Below, piece after piece: positions 1 through 12,049 of a DNA stretch of 64,000 nucleotides. Source of the DNA: Anthoceros angustus. Its lineage: Eukaryota > Plantae > Anthocerotophyta. How positions within the stretch are numbered: the first letter of the stretch is position 1; the number at the start of each line of letters is the position of its first letter. A model generated the notes under the pieces. It saw only the letters and a list, made by a program, of their open reading frames with translations. It was not told where the DNA came from and ran no database searches. Made by a program: the position numbers and the translations under genes. The stretch spans positions 186,001 through 250,000 of the forward strand of contig MU008179.1 of assembly GCA_010909165.1 (NCBI GenBank), in the 5' to 3' direction.

Positions 1-562
1 TTCTCAAAGTCTTGTGTGAAACCCGAAGGTGGAGGCTATTCTTACCATGATTAGTCATAGATTTGTCGAGAATGCTCATAATTTTACAACCAAGACTAAT
101 GGTCCTCATACATGGGCGTTAACTAGGCCTAAACTCGAAGGACAATCTATGGTTCCATACCCTTTGCTTGATGATATGGACATGAATGTTATGCTCAGCG
201 CAAGTATCCACCCTTTTTCTAAGGCCTTTTTCGGACCAAGTGCCAGAAAACCCTCATTCAAGACCCATTGGAAACCCCCTTAGGCGTATAAAAGACAAAA
301 AACCCCCATAGTGTATATTAACCTCCTTACAGAATTATGGTGTTCACCCAAAACCATGTTTTCCTGATTTCATTAAAAAAAAAAACCCCCTAAACCTAGG
401 AGCAAATCATAGAGGAATCTGTTTTCCCGTATTTGTATGTCCTCATCTCATATTAGTTTGGCTAACCAGCGGGGTACATTGCCTATAAACGCAGATTTGA
501 AAATCGTGGCAACTTGTATGGACAACAAAATGCAAACGCGCAATGGAAAGTCCACATGTGTT

Positions 563-1310
563 GAGTCGGTGTCCACCGTCATGGTCACCCCTCTACATTA
601 GTGGGGAGGGTCGTGGTGGCACCGGACGTCCTGTGCATAAACCTTGCATCTCCGCCCAATGTCGGCGCGGGAGTGGAGGAAGATTTCGGACTGCCTTCCG
701 CTCATGTGTACACCCGCGAGCCGCGACCCCGTCTGCGAATCGTTTGGAAGTGGCTTGCCACTGCCTCGGAATATTTGCATGCGATGGAGACCCCACCTCT
801 CGACCACATCAAACGAGAATTCCACATGGGCGATGGAAATTGGAAGTTGACACCGGTGGCAATCACAACATGGGCGGGTTCCTTTCAAGCACGCTGGAGT
901 GATCCCGCCCCGCTTCATTGCTTGGTCCTTAAGGAATTTCGGTTGAGGCGGAGTCGGTGTCCACCGTCATGGTCACCCTCTACATTAGTGGGGAGGTCGT
1001 GGTGGCCGTTACGTGCATAAACCTTGCATCTCACCCAATGTCGGCGGGAGTGGAGGAAGATTTCGGACGCCTTCTCATGTATACACATGCACCGGACCCC
1101 GTCTGAATCGTTTGGAAGTGGCTTGCCACCGCCTCGAATATTTGCATGCGATGGAGACCTCACCTCCGACGGTGACTCGAAGCGAGAATTCCACATGGGC
1201 GATGGAAATTGGAAGTTGCGCGGTGGCAATCACAACATGGGCGGGTTCCTTTCAATCACGCTGGAGTGATCCGGCTTCATTGCTTGGTCCTTAAGGAATT
1301 TGGTTGAGGC
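563..1310. repeat. ~390-bp tandem duplication
   Basis: GAGTCGGTGTCCACCGTCATGG at 563 and 951. Confidence 0.9.
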
Positions 1311-2314
1311 GGGGGCTGGCGGTGCAAACTCGCGATACATCGCGGTAACGTGTTGATCAACACCGGATTCCACTCGGGGTTGGGCGGTGTGAATGGTGTG
1401 GAGGGCAAAGGAGCACCGACATGTCCAGTGTACTTACCGTGGTCAAGGATAAAATTGGAGAAAGTCATATTGCTACATGTGTACCGAGGCGTGTTAGTGC
1501 TATGTGAAAGCGATTGAACATCGTGTTTGTTGGATTGTCACATGACATCCATTGTCATCTTCAGACGCTTTTATCTCGTGGGTTTACAACATACATAGTC
1601 TTCTAGGTGGAGATTAGGAAAGCTTTGGCGATTGTATTGATCCGCCTGCACGAATGGACGCGCTTCTTTGAAATCGGTCCGTTGTTTCTGTGAAATCCAT
1701 ACCTTGCTGCGCAAAGACCCATGATCTCGCTCATCAAATACCCACAATCACCGAACACATTCTCGAATCACCACTCCCATGCTTCCTAGCTTGCGTGCTC
1801 CACCAAAGACCGTGTTCGTTGTCTAGGTCTCGCTGGACCTTGCCGCTGATGTGTTTGTTGTGTTCATAGCTTGCATGCACGTTCTGCAGATACCACACCG
1901 TCCGGTGCTTAAGACCACACCGGTCCTCCTACCGTAATCCTCGAAACAAACACGTAGCCTATCCACCGTCCGCACGACACCTCGATCCGTGAAGCAAAGT
2001 TTTCCAATCCTACATCCCCACCATCATCCGGCCACACACCCGAGGAGGGTGCTCTTCGCCTCCTTCACTTGCCGCCCGCATCCCCAAGGACCATTGAGTT
2101 GTCGCTGCTTGCTTCACCACTTGCCATATGACCCTTGGTCTCGGGCTTCCTCGTTGGTCTCGCTTCAACGACATATGAACCCGGGCACCACCATGTTGTT
2201 CACCATGGGCTCCTTATTGAACGCCTTTCCGCCTCCATAGCCGCCTCGCCCACCTCCTCCTCTTCCGTCGGCCAGTCCATGGAATTGATTCAAGGTCCAT
2301 GAATTGAGCGCACT

Positions 2315-2925
2315 GGGATCCACATCAATGTAAATGACATTACGGCATAATCGAACAGCTATCATACCCGACCCGATCCTGCGACTCCCAAAGACCCAAT
2401 CTCCCTCATCAGATAGAATCAACCTCTTCAAGAGTCTTAGGGGCTTCGATAGGGGAAACAACCCGATCATCCGCAGTGTTGTAACACAATTTTAGTTCCA
2501 CCGCCGCTCGCAAACATGTTGTCACTCCACCGCCAAGTTGCGTCGGTTCTCGAGCACAAACGGTTGAGGCACACAATCCTTATCCAAGCTCGCGCGCAAG
2601 TGAAAAGTCCTCGCATCGCATACCGCCCCTGACAATGTCACATTGGTTTTATGCCGGTAACATGAATATCACGGCACCCTTGCGCTTCCAGACTTCTCTA
2701 ACCATAGATGTGTCATCCGAGAATGGAAGACATCCGAGAATGGAAGACCACAATACGAAATACAGGATGTGGTGATGCCTTTGAACCGCATGATGACCCC
2801 TTCAAACTCGCCTTGGTAAATCTTGTGTCATACTCTCGTGATTGGGGATCTAGATCCAAGCCTGGGAGGTCTAACAACAACAAAGCATACGGTCGGGGCT
2901 CTACAAACCGGGCCATGTTCACTAT
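2315..2925 (-). pseudogene. Beta-class amino-DNA methyltransferase domain, copy 1
   Basis: LLLLDLP.GL, (W)HKTNVT at ~2640-2657, FTCA(Q)E, P(YQ)KPLRLLKRLILSDEGDWVF..AGSGS.MIAVRLCRNVIYIDVDP (ORFs 2713-2922 and 2165-2470). Confidence 0.8.
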
Positions 2926-4419
2926 GTTCCCACGATCCCGACCTTGCCGGGTTTTTCTCGCTTGGAGTCGCTCACGATTGTCATCACCTTATCCTCGTGT
3001 GGTCGATTTCAACGCTATGACTCCTCCATCCGCTTCCAAGCTCCTGCGCGCAAGTGAAAAGTCCGCATCGGCTCCTCGACAATCTTTGTCACATTGGTTT
3101 TATGCCGAACATGTCACAGCACCTGCGCTTCCATCAAGACTTCTCTAACCATAGATGTGTCATCCGGAGAATGGAAGACCACAATACGAAATACAGGATG
3201 TGGTGATGCCTTTGAACGCATGATGACCCCTTCAAACTCGCCTTGGTAAATCTTGTGTCATACTCTCGTGATTGGGGATCTAGATCCAAGCCTCGGGAGG
3301 TCTAACAACAACAAAGCATACGGTCGGGGCTCTACAAACCGGGCCATGTTCACTATGTTCCCACACGATCCCGACCTTGCTGGGTTTTTCGGCTTGGAGT
3401 CGTTCACGATTGTCATTTATCCTCGGTGTGGTCGATTTCAAGGCACGCGTTGCGACTCCTCCATCCGCTTCCAAGCTCGGCCTTGAATATGTGCTCCTTG
3501 AAGTTCTCGTAGGGCACCCCACTCAAGGCAAGTGTTGGCACGCCGCAGACATGAAAGACACATCCCCACCGGTCAAATGCAAGGCGTTCACTGCTCGAAT
3601 GTACGGTGTGAATGCCTCCACTTTCCATGACTTATAAGGACAAGAAGCACAAGAGAGAAACTCGATTTGGGTATAGCTAAGTGTTCATCGAGGACCCAGA
3701 TTTTTGAAGGCAGTCGAAGTTACTAACTGATTCACCATGCGAATGGGCGCGCCGCGCTTCTTTGAAATCGGTCCGTTGTTTAAATCCATACCTTGCACGA
3801 TGCGAGGCGCCCATGATCTCGCTCATCAAATACCCGGCGTCAATCATCTGCTGAACACATTCTCGAATCGTCACCACTCCCATGCTTCCTAGCTTGCGTG
3901 CTCCACCAGCCGTGTTCGTTGTCTAGAGTCTCCGGGGACCTTGCCGCTTTGATGTGTTTGTTGTGTTCATAGCTTGCATGCACGTTCTACCACGATACCC
4001 GGATACCATTTGTCCGGTGCTTAAGACCACCGGTTCCTCCTACGAATCCTCGAAACAAACACGTAGCCTATCCCTATCCACTTGCGACACACCTCGATCG
4101 TGAAGCAAAGTTTTCCAATCCTACATCCCCACCATCGGTCAGCACACGAGGAGGGGGCTCTTCTGCCTCCTTCACTTGCTGCTCCGCATCCCCAAGGACC
4201 ATTGAGTTGTCGCTGCTTCACCACATGCCATATGACCCTTGGTCTCAGGCTTCCTCGTTGGTCTCTGCTTCAACGACACATATGAACCCGGGCACCAGCC
4301 ATGTTGTTCACCATGGGCTCCTTATTGAACGTCTTTCCGCCTCCATAGCCAGGCTCCTCGCCCACCTCCTCCTCTTCCGTCGGCCAGCTGTCCATGGAAT
4401 TGATTCGAAGATCCATGAA

Positions 4420-5010
4420 TTGAGCGCACCTTGGATCCACATCAACTGAAATGACATTACGGCATAAGCGAGCTGCTATCATGCAGGCCGATCCTGCGCA
4501 GTCACCCAATCTCCCTCTCATGTCTGGTGAATCAACCTCTTCAAGAGTCTTAGGGGCTTGATAGGGGAAACAACCCGATCATCCGCAGTGTTGTAACACA
4601 ATTTTAGTTCCACCGCTTTCGTTCGGCAAACAGTTGTCACTCCACCGCCAAGTTGTCGGTTCTCGAGCACAAAGCGGTTGAGGCACACAATCCTTATCCA
4701 AGCTCCTGCGCGCAAGTGAAAAGTCCACCCGTGTCCTCGACAATCTTTGTCACATTGGTTTTATACGGTAATACACACCACACGCTTCCGCACTTCTCTA
4801 ACCATAGATGTGTCATCCGAGAATGGAAGACCACAATACGAAATACAGGATGTGGTGATGCCTTTGAACGCATGATGACCCCTTCAAACTCGCCTTGGTA
4901 AATCTTGTGTCATACTCTCGTGATTGGGGATCTAGATCCAAGCCTGGGAGGTCTAACAACAACAAAGCATACGGTCGGGGCTCTACAAACCGGGCCATGT
5001 TCACTATGTT
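4420..5010 (-). pseudogene. Beta-class N4-cytosine/N6-adenine DNA methyltransferase domain (N6_N4_Mtase-like), copy 2
   Basis: Motif order IV, then X, then I: YALLLLDLPxGL (~4945-4970), KTNVT, VVSP(YQ)KPLRLLKRLI (~4530-4575), EGDWV.D.CAGS(G)..MIAA.RLCRNVISVDVDP (~4435-4515). Confidence 0.8.
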
Positions 5011-6399
5011 CCCACGATCCCGACCTTGCCGGGTTTTTCTCGCTTGGAGTCGCTCACGATTGTCATCACCTTATCCTCGTGTGGTCGATTTCAACGCTAT
5101 GACTCCTCCATCCGCTTCCAAGCTCCTGCGCGCAAGTGAAAAGTCCGCATCGGCTCCTCGACAATCTTTGTCACATTGGTTTTATGCCGATCATGTCACA
5201 GCACCTGCGCTTCCATCAAGACTTCTCTAACCATAGATGTGTCATCCGGAGAATGGAAGACCACAATACGAAATACAGGATGTGGTGATGCCTTTGAACG
5301 CATGATGACCCCTTCAAACTCGCCTTGGTAAATCTTGTGTCATACTCTCGTGATTGGGGATCTAGATCCAAGCCTCGGGAGGTCTAACAACAACAAAGCA
5401 TACGGTCGGGGCTCTACAAACCGGGCCATGTTCACTATGTTCCCACACGATCCCGACCTTGCTGGGTTTTTCGGCTTGGAGTCGTTCACGATTGTCATTT
5501 ATCCTCGGTGTGGTCGATTTCAAGGCACGCGTTGCGACTCCTCCATCTGCTTCCAAGCTCTGGCCTTGAATATGTGCTCCTTGAAGTTCTCAGGTAGGGC
5601 ACCCCACTCAAGGCAAGTGTTGGCACGCTGCAGACATGAAAGACACATCCCACCAGTCAAATGCAACCGGACGTTCTACTGTTCGAATGTACGGTGTGAA
5701 GGCCTCCACTTTCCATGACTTATAAGGACAAGAAGCAGCACAAGAGAGAAACTCTGATTTGGGTATAGCTAAGTGTTCATCGAGGACTGACCAGATTTTT
5801 GAAGGCAGTCGAAGTTACTAACTGATTCACCATGCGAATCGGGATATCGTCGAACCTCTTCAAATGTCTCACAGTGCAAATGCTTGGCATGTCACATGGA
5901 TGAGGTTGAGTTTTTGGCCTTGTCCACCCACACGAACATTTGTTTCAATGTCAATTCTCCACAGGACTTTCATGCATGCTTTCGTTGTTGTTCCCACCCA
6001 GATCGCTCGATGCCCGAAACACTTCCATACCCTCACCGGTATACTAAGCTCCTTTGTGTCAATGACCAAGTTTGCTCTAACTGCTGTTGTCTTCCTTGAA
6101 TTCTGCGGGCCTTATTTGTGAGAGCCCGAGCTTCCACCGCCGCAACTGCTTGCCTCCACTTCTCAAAGATTTCATCCACGCATTTCCACACCTCATCATC
6201 AACCTTCGCAACACAATAATCCAAAGGTCCGGTTATCCACGAGGCGGTGATAGTGACCTTAGGTCCATGCTTGGTCGCATCCCACTTAGGAACCCCGCCA
6301 CCGGCATATATCTCCAACTTCCAGCCTAAGTCACACTTCACCCATCGCCTAGCCTCGGCCTTCATCTCGCCTGATGTACCTCACACGGTCGATGAAAGT

Positions 6400-6790
6400 A
6401 AAAGTCTTCCGGCATCCGCAATGGTGTTGTGATCGTGGCAACTAACCTCATCTCCTCATTTGTGAGGCCAAGAAGAACATATGCATCCATCCAGCATTTT
6501 GAACCAATGGATACAAGTCGGCTAGTCTAGATCCGGAAGGAATGATTCCTCCCAATACATAAAATTTGTACACCCCGATCCACCTTATCCATGTCAAAGA
6601 AGTTCTTGTTGGGACACCGGGCCGGGTCTACAATGACAATCATGGGCAGCACACCACCCACGTGGAATGCTTCATCTTTTGCATCAAAGCCTCCACCCAA
6701 GCCAGTCTAGCTTACGATTGCCAAACCGACATAGTTCTTGGAGGTCTACAACTGCTGATGGAGCTTTAACGTGGACTCCCATACTCTTTT
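6400..6790 (-). pseudogene. ParB/Sulfiredoxin-like domain, copy 1
   Basis: Joined frames: ...LAIRKLD..VEALMQKMK...LPMIVIVDP...FYVLGGNHS..RLADLYP...AYVLLGLTNEEMRL.A.DHN; GGNH at ~6545. Confidence 0.65.
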
Positions 6791-7989
6791 CCCGCAATTG
6801 CCTCCCTCGCAACATCTCTCCCGCCTCGCCCTCGCTAGCCCTGTCATCCGGAGAATGGAAGACCACAATACGAAATACAGGATGTGGTGATGCCTTTGAA
6901 CGCATGATGACCCCTTCAAACTCGCCTTGGTAAATCTTGTGTCATACTCTCGTGATTGGGGATCTAGATCCAAGCCTCGGGAGGTCTAACAACAACAAAG
7001 CATACGGTCGGGGCTCTACAAACCGGGCCATGTTCACTATGTTCCCACACGATCCCGACCTTGCTGGGTTTTTCGGCTTGGAGTCGTTCACGATTGTCAT
7101 TTATCCTCGGTGTGGTCGATTTCAAGGCACGTTGCGACTCCTCCATCTGCTTCCAAGCTCTGGCCTTGAATATGTGCTCCTTGAAGTTCTCAGGTAGGGC
7201 ACCCCACTCAAGGCAAGTGTTGGCACGCTGCAGACATGAAAGACACATCCCACCAGTCAAATGCAAGCGGACGTTCTACCGTTCGAATGTACGGTGTGAA
7301 TGCCTCCACTTTCCATGACTTATAAGGACAAGAAGCAGCACAAGAGAGAAACTCTGATTTGGGTATAGCTAAGTGTTCATCGAGGACCCAGTTTTTGAAG
7401 GAAGTTACTAATTGATTCACCATGCGATAATCGGGATATCGTTCTGAACCTCTTCAAATGTCTCACAGTTTGCTTGGCGTGTCACATGGATGAGGTTGAG
7501 TTTTTGGCCTTGTCCACCACACGAACATTTGTTTCAATGTCAATTCTCCGCCAGACTTTCATGCATCTGTCTTCAAGTTGTTGTTCCCAGTACGTCGATG
7601 CCACGAAACACTTCCATACCCTCACCGTATACTAAGCTCCTTTGTGTCAATGACCAAGTTTGCTCTAACTATGTTGTCTTCCTTGAATTCTGCGGGCCTT
7701 ATTTGTTTGTGAGAGCCCGAGCTTCCACCTCGAACAAGCTGTTCGTCTCCCACTTCTCAAAGATTTCATCCACGTACTTCCACACCTCATCATCAACCTT
7801 CGCAACACAATAATCCGATTGTCCGGTTATCCACGGTGATAGTGACCTTAGGTCCATGCTTGGCTGCATCCCACTTAGGAACCCTGCCCAGACGGGCATA
7901 TATCTCCAACTTCCAGTCTAAGTCACACTTCACCCATCGCTAGCGGCCTTCATCTCGATTCGATGTACCTCACACGGTCGATGAAAGTA

Positions 7990-8385
7990 AAAGTCTTCAC
8001 GGCATCCGCAATGGTGTTGTGATCTGGCAACTAACCTCATCTCCTCATTTGTGAGGCCGGCAAGAACATATGCATCCATCCACTGCATCTTGAACCAATG
8101 GATACAAGTCGGCTAGTCTAGATCGCTGGAAGGAATGATTCCCTCCTACATAAAATTTGTACACCCCGATCCACCTTATCCATGTCAAAGAAGTTCTTGT
8201 TGGGACCGGGCGGGTCTACAATGACAATCATGGGCAGCACACCACCACGTGGAATGCTTCATCTTTTGCATCAAAGCCTCCACCCAAGCCAGTCTAGCTT
8301 ACGATTGCCAAACCGACATAGTTCTTACGGAGGTCTACAAGTTGATGGACAGCTTTAACGTGGACTCCCATACTCTCTTTCCGCA
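7990..8385 (-). pseudogene. ParB/Srx-like domain, copy 2
   Basis: Duplicate of 6400-6790. Confidence 0.6.
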
Positions 8386-11300
8386 ATTGCCTCCCTCGCA
8401 ACATCTCTCCCTCGGCCTTCATCGTCATCCGTGGCTACAGACTGCCCTTGGCCTTCTCTATGAACTTTGGGAGCTCTTCCGCCCCTCCTGACATCATGTG
8501 CCATTCGTTGCTCGCCAGCACTTGTTGACCTCCACCCGCCGTCCTCCACGCGATTGCCAAGACTCTCAATCCCTTCCTCTTTTTCCTCGATTGTCTACCG
8601 CAAATCGGATCGGCTTGAACCCTTCGTGCCATGGATGACCCAAATCCCCCCGTTGCATCCACCTCCGCCATCGTCATCTTCCACGTCTTCGTCGGGGCCT
8701 GGATATGATCCACCGGCCTCGGGCCATCGGCCGAATGCCATCGCCAAACCCCTCATTGTCCTGGTCCCCACCCGCATCCTCATCTTCGTCACGGCTAGAG
8801 AGGTTAGGGTGACATCATCGCAGCCATGGGCTAGGAAAAACCCTGCTGGAGTGTGGGCGGACTGTTGCTTGGACTCAAGCACCGGACGTCCGTGGCTGCA
8901 ACCCCTCTTACCAAGAAGCTTTCATTTCGCAAACTAGTTGTCAAACGTGTCCCGCGAATTATATTTTGTGCCACCACCTTTTGTTGCGTTTCATGCGCAG
9001 ATCATGCATATCGATGGCGGTTGCCAACGACCGCCGCAGTGATGGATTTGCTCGATCCCATTCCGCACTAGGAGTTGCCATTTGATTTCCACTGGCGCAG
9101 ATGCCATGCTAGGGGCCTTCTGCAACAAGATGCCCTTTCGATGTAAGCAATGCATCATCCGCACACCTTCTAAACATTGCTGGTGCAAAGCCTTGTGGAA
9201 GACACGATGTCCATCACCGTGTCGCAATGCCTCCAAAAGTTCTTGCCTTTTCCGCTCCGTTGGCACGCCACAATGTCAAAGTTCTTCACCGCAAAGATGA
9301 TACTCTAATCCATTGCGGGTCCGTATTTAAGAGGCTCCTTGTGCTTGAGCCGGATCGCAATATGACGACACCGCTCATCCTTCATGTGATCGCGTGAAAA
9401 CAATCGCTCCGCACATTTCTTTTGGCTGGTGTGGTTCGCATCATCCTCCATCGACACATACAAGAAGAGCAAGTCTTGATTGGGTCATTTGCCTCCAACT
9501 TCTCTTTGTAATGTCAAATGGCGAGATCATCTTGTACATCCGTGGATCAAGTCAATATCGGACCGCTTGTAAGGACTCGGAAAGATGCCTTGGTCGGATG
9601 CTCTTGTGGAAAGACCCGCATCGTGGCAGCTTTGAGTTGTCCTTGGAGTCCGGCTGGGTCCGGGCTCGCCTGCTCAAGGCCCGTGAGTCTGCCCTTCCGC
9701 CGCCTTTTTTCTCCACCGAGCGCCCGCGATTTGTTGGAGTCATTCTTCCGCTTGAGCCCTTGAGGAGCCATTCATATGCAACTATGAAAGAAGTGAGATC
9801 ACGAAGTGTTTAGATTGTTAAAAGGCGATGAGGCAACTTCTCGAACACGGGACCTGCGGTGCAAGCGGGAGTTGATGGTTGATGCTCACGCATTGACTAG
9901 CCCACTGCGCACCCTCGAGAGCAATTGCACTGCCGATGAGGAGGTCGACAGGTCCTGACATTCGCATGCCCGATGGACAAAGTGCGGGTGAGTGTGAGAA
10001 CGACCTGCTTTCTCCAAATCTGCAATCTCTTGCTTTTCCCCACACAAGCTAGATGGAAATACACATCTTCCCGCCAAAGCGAGAATGAATCTATACCATC
10101 CGAGAAAGGGGAAGGTGGGGTGTGCCATGAAGGAAGACACAGGCAAGGCGTGCCCGTAATCAAGCAACTCCTTAAATGCTTTGTCGCGACCGTGTTTTGC
10201 CATTGTCCCGCTAATGTGGCAATGCAAATTTGAGCATATTCTAAGGTATATGCTAGTTATGCCACGGCTAAAATAGTGTTCGTGGCATAACGATGGGCAC
10301 CTAGAGTGATTCAAAGATCCACCGACTAGCAATGTGACACCGCTTCCTACCAAAGTGGGCACTCGACTTCATTGCCGATTTAGTGCGAAGGCTTATTTCA
10401 AGCCCGCGAATTGTATCGAGTCTCATCCACTTCTCATCCACCTTGCGCATCCTCCTCCTCCTCACTGGACGCCACGCCTCCGTGAGAGCAATGGCCAACG
10501 ACGTGACGGCAAGGCGTGTTCGATTTTGCAAATTTCGGGCGGTCGATGCATGTCATTCCGAACGGTGGCCATGAGTCCGACGACTCAATTGTTGATCTCA
10601 CGATGATGCCCGCACAACCCGCGTCGTAGTTTTAGAGGATGATTCACATGTGCTATGGCGGCGCGTCGGCGCATAGTCCTTGAAGAGACACCGTGAAAGG
10701 CACTTCACAACGGTGGAGGCGATGGCGATGTGCGTGTTCCGGATATGGAGGGGGAACGGAGGATATGGTTGCCGATGGCGACCTTTTTCTGCATTTATCC
10801 TGCACGATGCAAAGGCGAGAGGATCGCACAAGAGGAACTCGTGCCGACGTTTAACCGGATGTCCGGTTGTGGCGGGATTCTTTGCGATGGCTAGCCCGCG
10901 CATAAAATCCCGTGTCGTTGTAGGAAGAAGTCCGTTCCCAAGGGAATGATAGGCCCGTTTACCGCGTTTCAGGTGATTCTTACCGTCCTTAGCGCTCGTT
11001 CAGTCTCAGCACACACACATACTCCTAACTACTCACAACGTGCACCGTACAGGCCCGGTATGGCCAAACGTTTAGGGACCCGTTCGCGTCCGTATCGTTC
11101 ACATACATCCTTCACGCATCCAGTCCTTTCCTCTCTCCTCTCACGCTACACTCTTCAGTCTTAGAAAAGACGCGCGGGTTACGCAGTCCGGACCTCCTCC
11201 GTCGTTCCGCCGGGCCTCTCCGTCCGGCTCTACACACCCTCCGGAGTTCCTCCTCACGCCCAGCGCCGGACCGCGGCTCCGGACGAGCACACGGATCACC

Positions 11301-11859
11301 ACCCTTCCCCGCACACACCACAACGCGTTAAGTCCGTCACGGGACCTTGATCAATCTCCCGAGCCGCCGTTCGGTGACTCGGGACTCACGTTAGCAAGAA
11401 GACTCACAAAGGTGCAGGCAGCGGCATCAACACCAAGAGAAAGATGCTTTACTAGAGCGGCCTCGGCCCTCTTATCTGCGCCCAAGGTGGCGTCTTTATT
11501 ACACCCCTATTACGGTGATAGCCATTTCGGTATACCTAATCGGCCGCCTACCACCTATCCCCTATCTCCTTCGTAGGGGTGGGAAGGTCCAGGCCCGCCT
11601 CGGAATGGGTGGTCAATCCCCGTCAGCGGTTGTGGTGCACCCAATCGGATGATCCGTGAGGCGGGCCCCTCCTCTCCCGGAATCACAGCCGGGTTGGGCT
11701 CTGGCGGTCGACGCCGTTACCACGTCATCCTCCTGGCCTCCACAGGTCCTTGGCCGGTGGGGCCACCGGCTCGGCTCCCCTAAGCGTAAGTCGAAGGGGC
11801 TCCTCCTTCTTGCCGGCCGGTCCTCGAGGTCTGTCTCGACTCCGAACTTGAGTCGGCTT

Positions 11860-12015
11860 ATTCACAGGTCCGGCTAGGTCCGACCTTGTCTCGGGGTCCG
11901 GACCTCGGGGTCAGTTATTGTCCGGACTTGGTCGGACTTGTCGGACTTATTCCGGACTTGGTCGGACTTATCAGTCCGGACTTGAGGTCCGGCCTCCCGA
12001 GTCGGGTCGGACTCC
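11860..12015. repeat. Minisatellite of ~10-bp GTCCGGACTT units in the LTR (longer copy at 22905-23095)
   Basis: Repeated palindromic GTCCGGAC core visible directly. Confidence 0.85.
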
Positions 12016-12049
12016 GCCCACCGGGTTTCCTCCCTCAGGACTCCTCAGT

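Larger units (their letters stand above)
1655..8430. repeat. Nested tandem duplications (~2.1 kb 1655/3746; ~0.43-0.45 kb 2585/3034 and 4697/5117; ~1.6 kb 5241/6843)
   Basis: Direct sequence recurrence with junction microhomologies CGAAT, TCCAAGCTC and GTCATCCG. Confidence 0.9.
4230..10572 (-). pseudogene. Transposon cargo gene region: unknown N-terminal part + ParB/Srx-like domain + helical linker + beta-class amino-DNA methyltransferase (frameshifted, internally duplicated)
   Basis: Reading across frameshifts gives a continuous ParB to linker to MTase path. Candidate ATGs at 10572 and 9771 (MAPQG.KRKN...EKRRRKG, NLS-like). The upstream part may be a separate gene. Confidence 0.65.

Noticed and set aside
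385-400. Telomere-like TAAACCTAG (also AACCCTAA at ~53301)
   Set aside because: Single copies only, not an array.
2315-8400. Bacterial or phage contamination as the source of the ParB-MTase
   Set aside because: It is contiguous with a eukaryotic transposase and nested plant LTR elements with TSDs, and no other prokaryotic genes are present.
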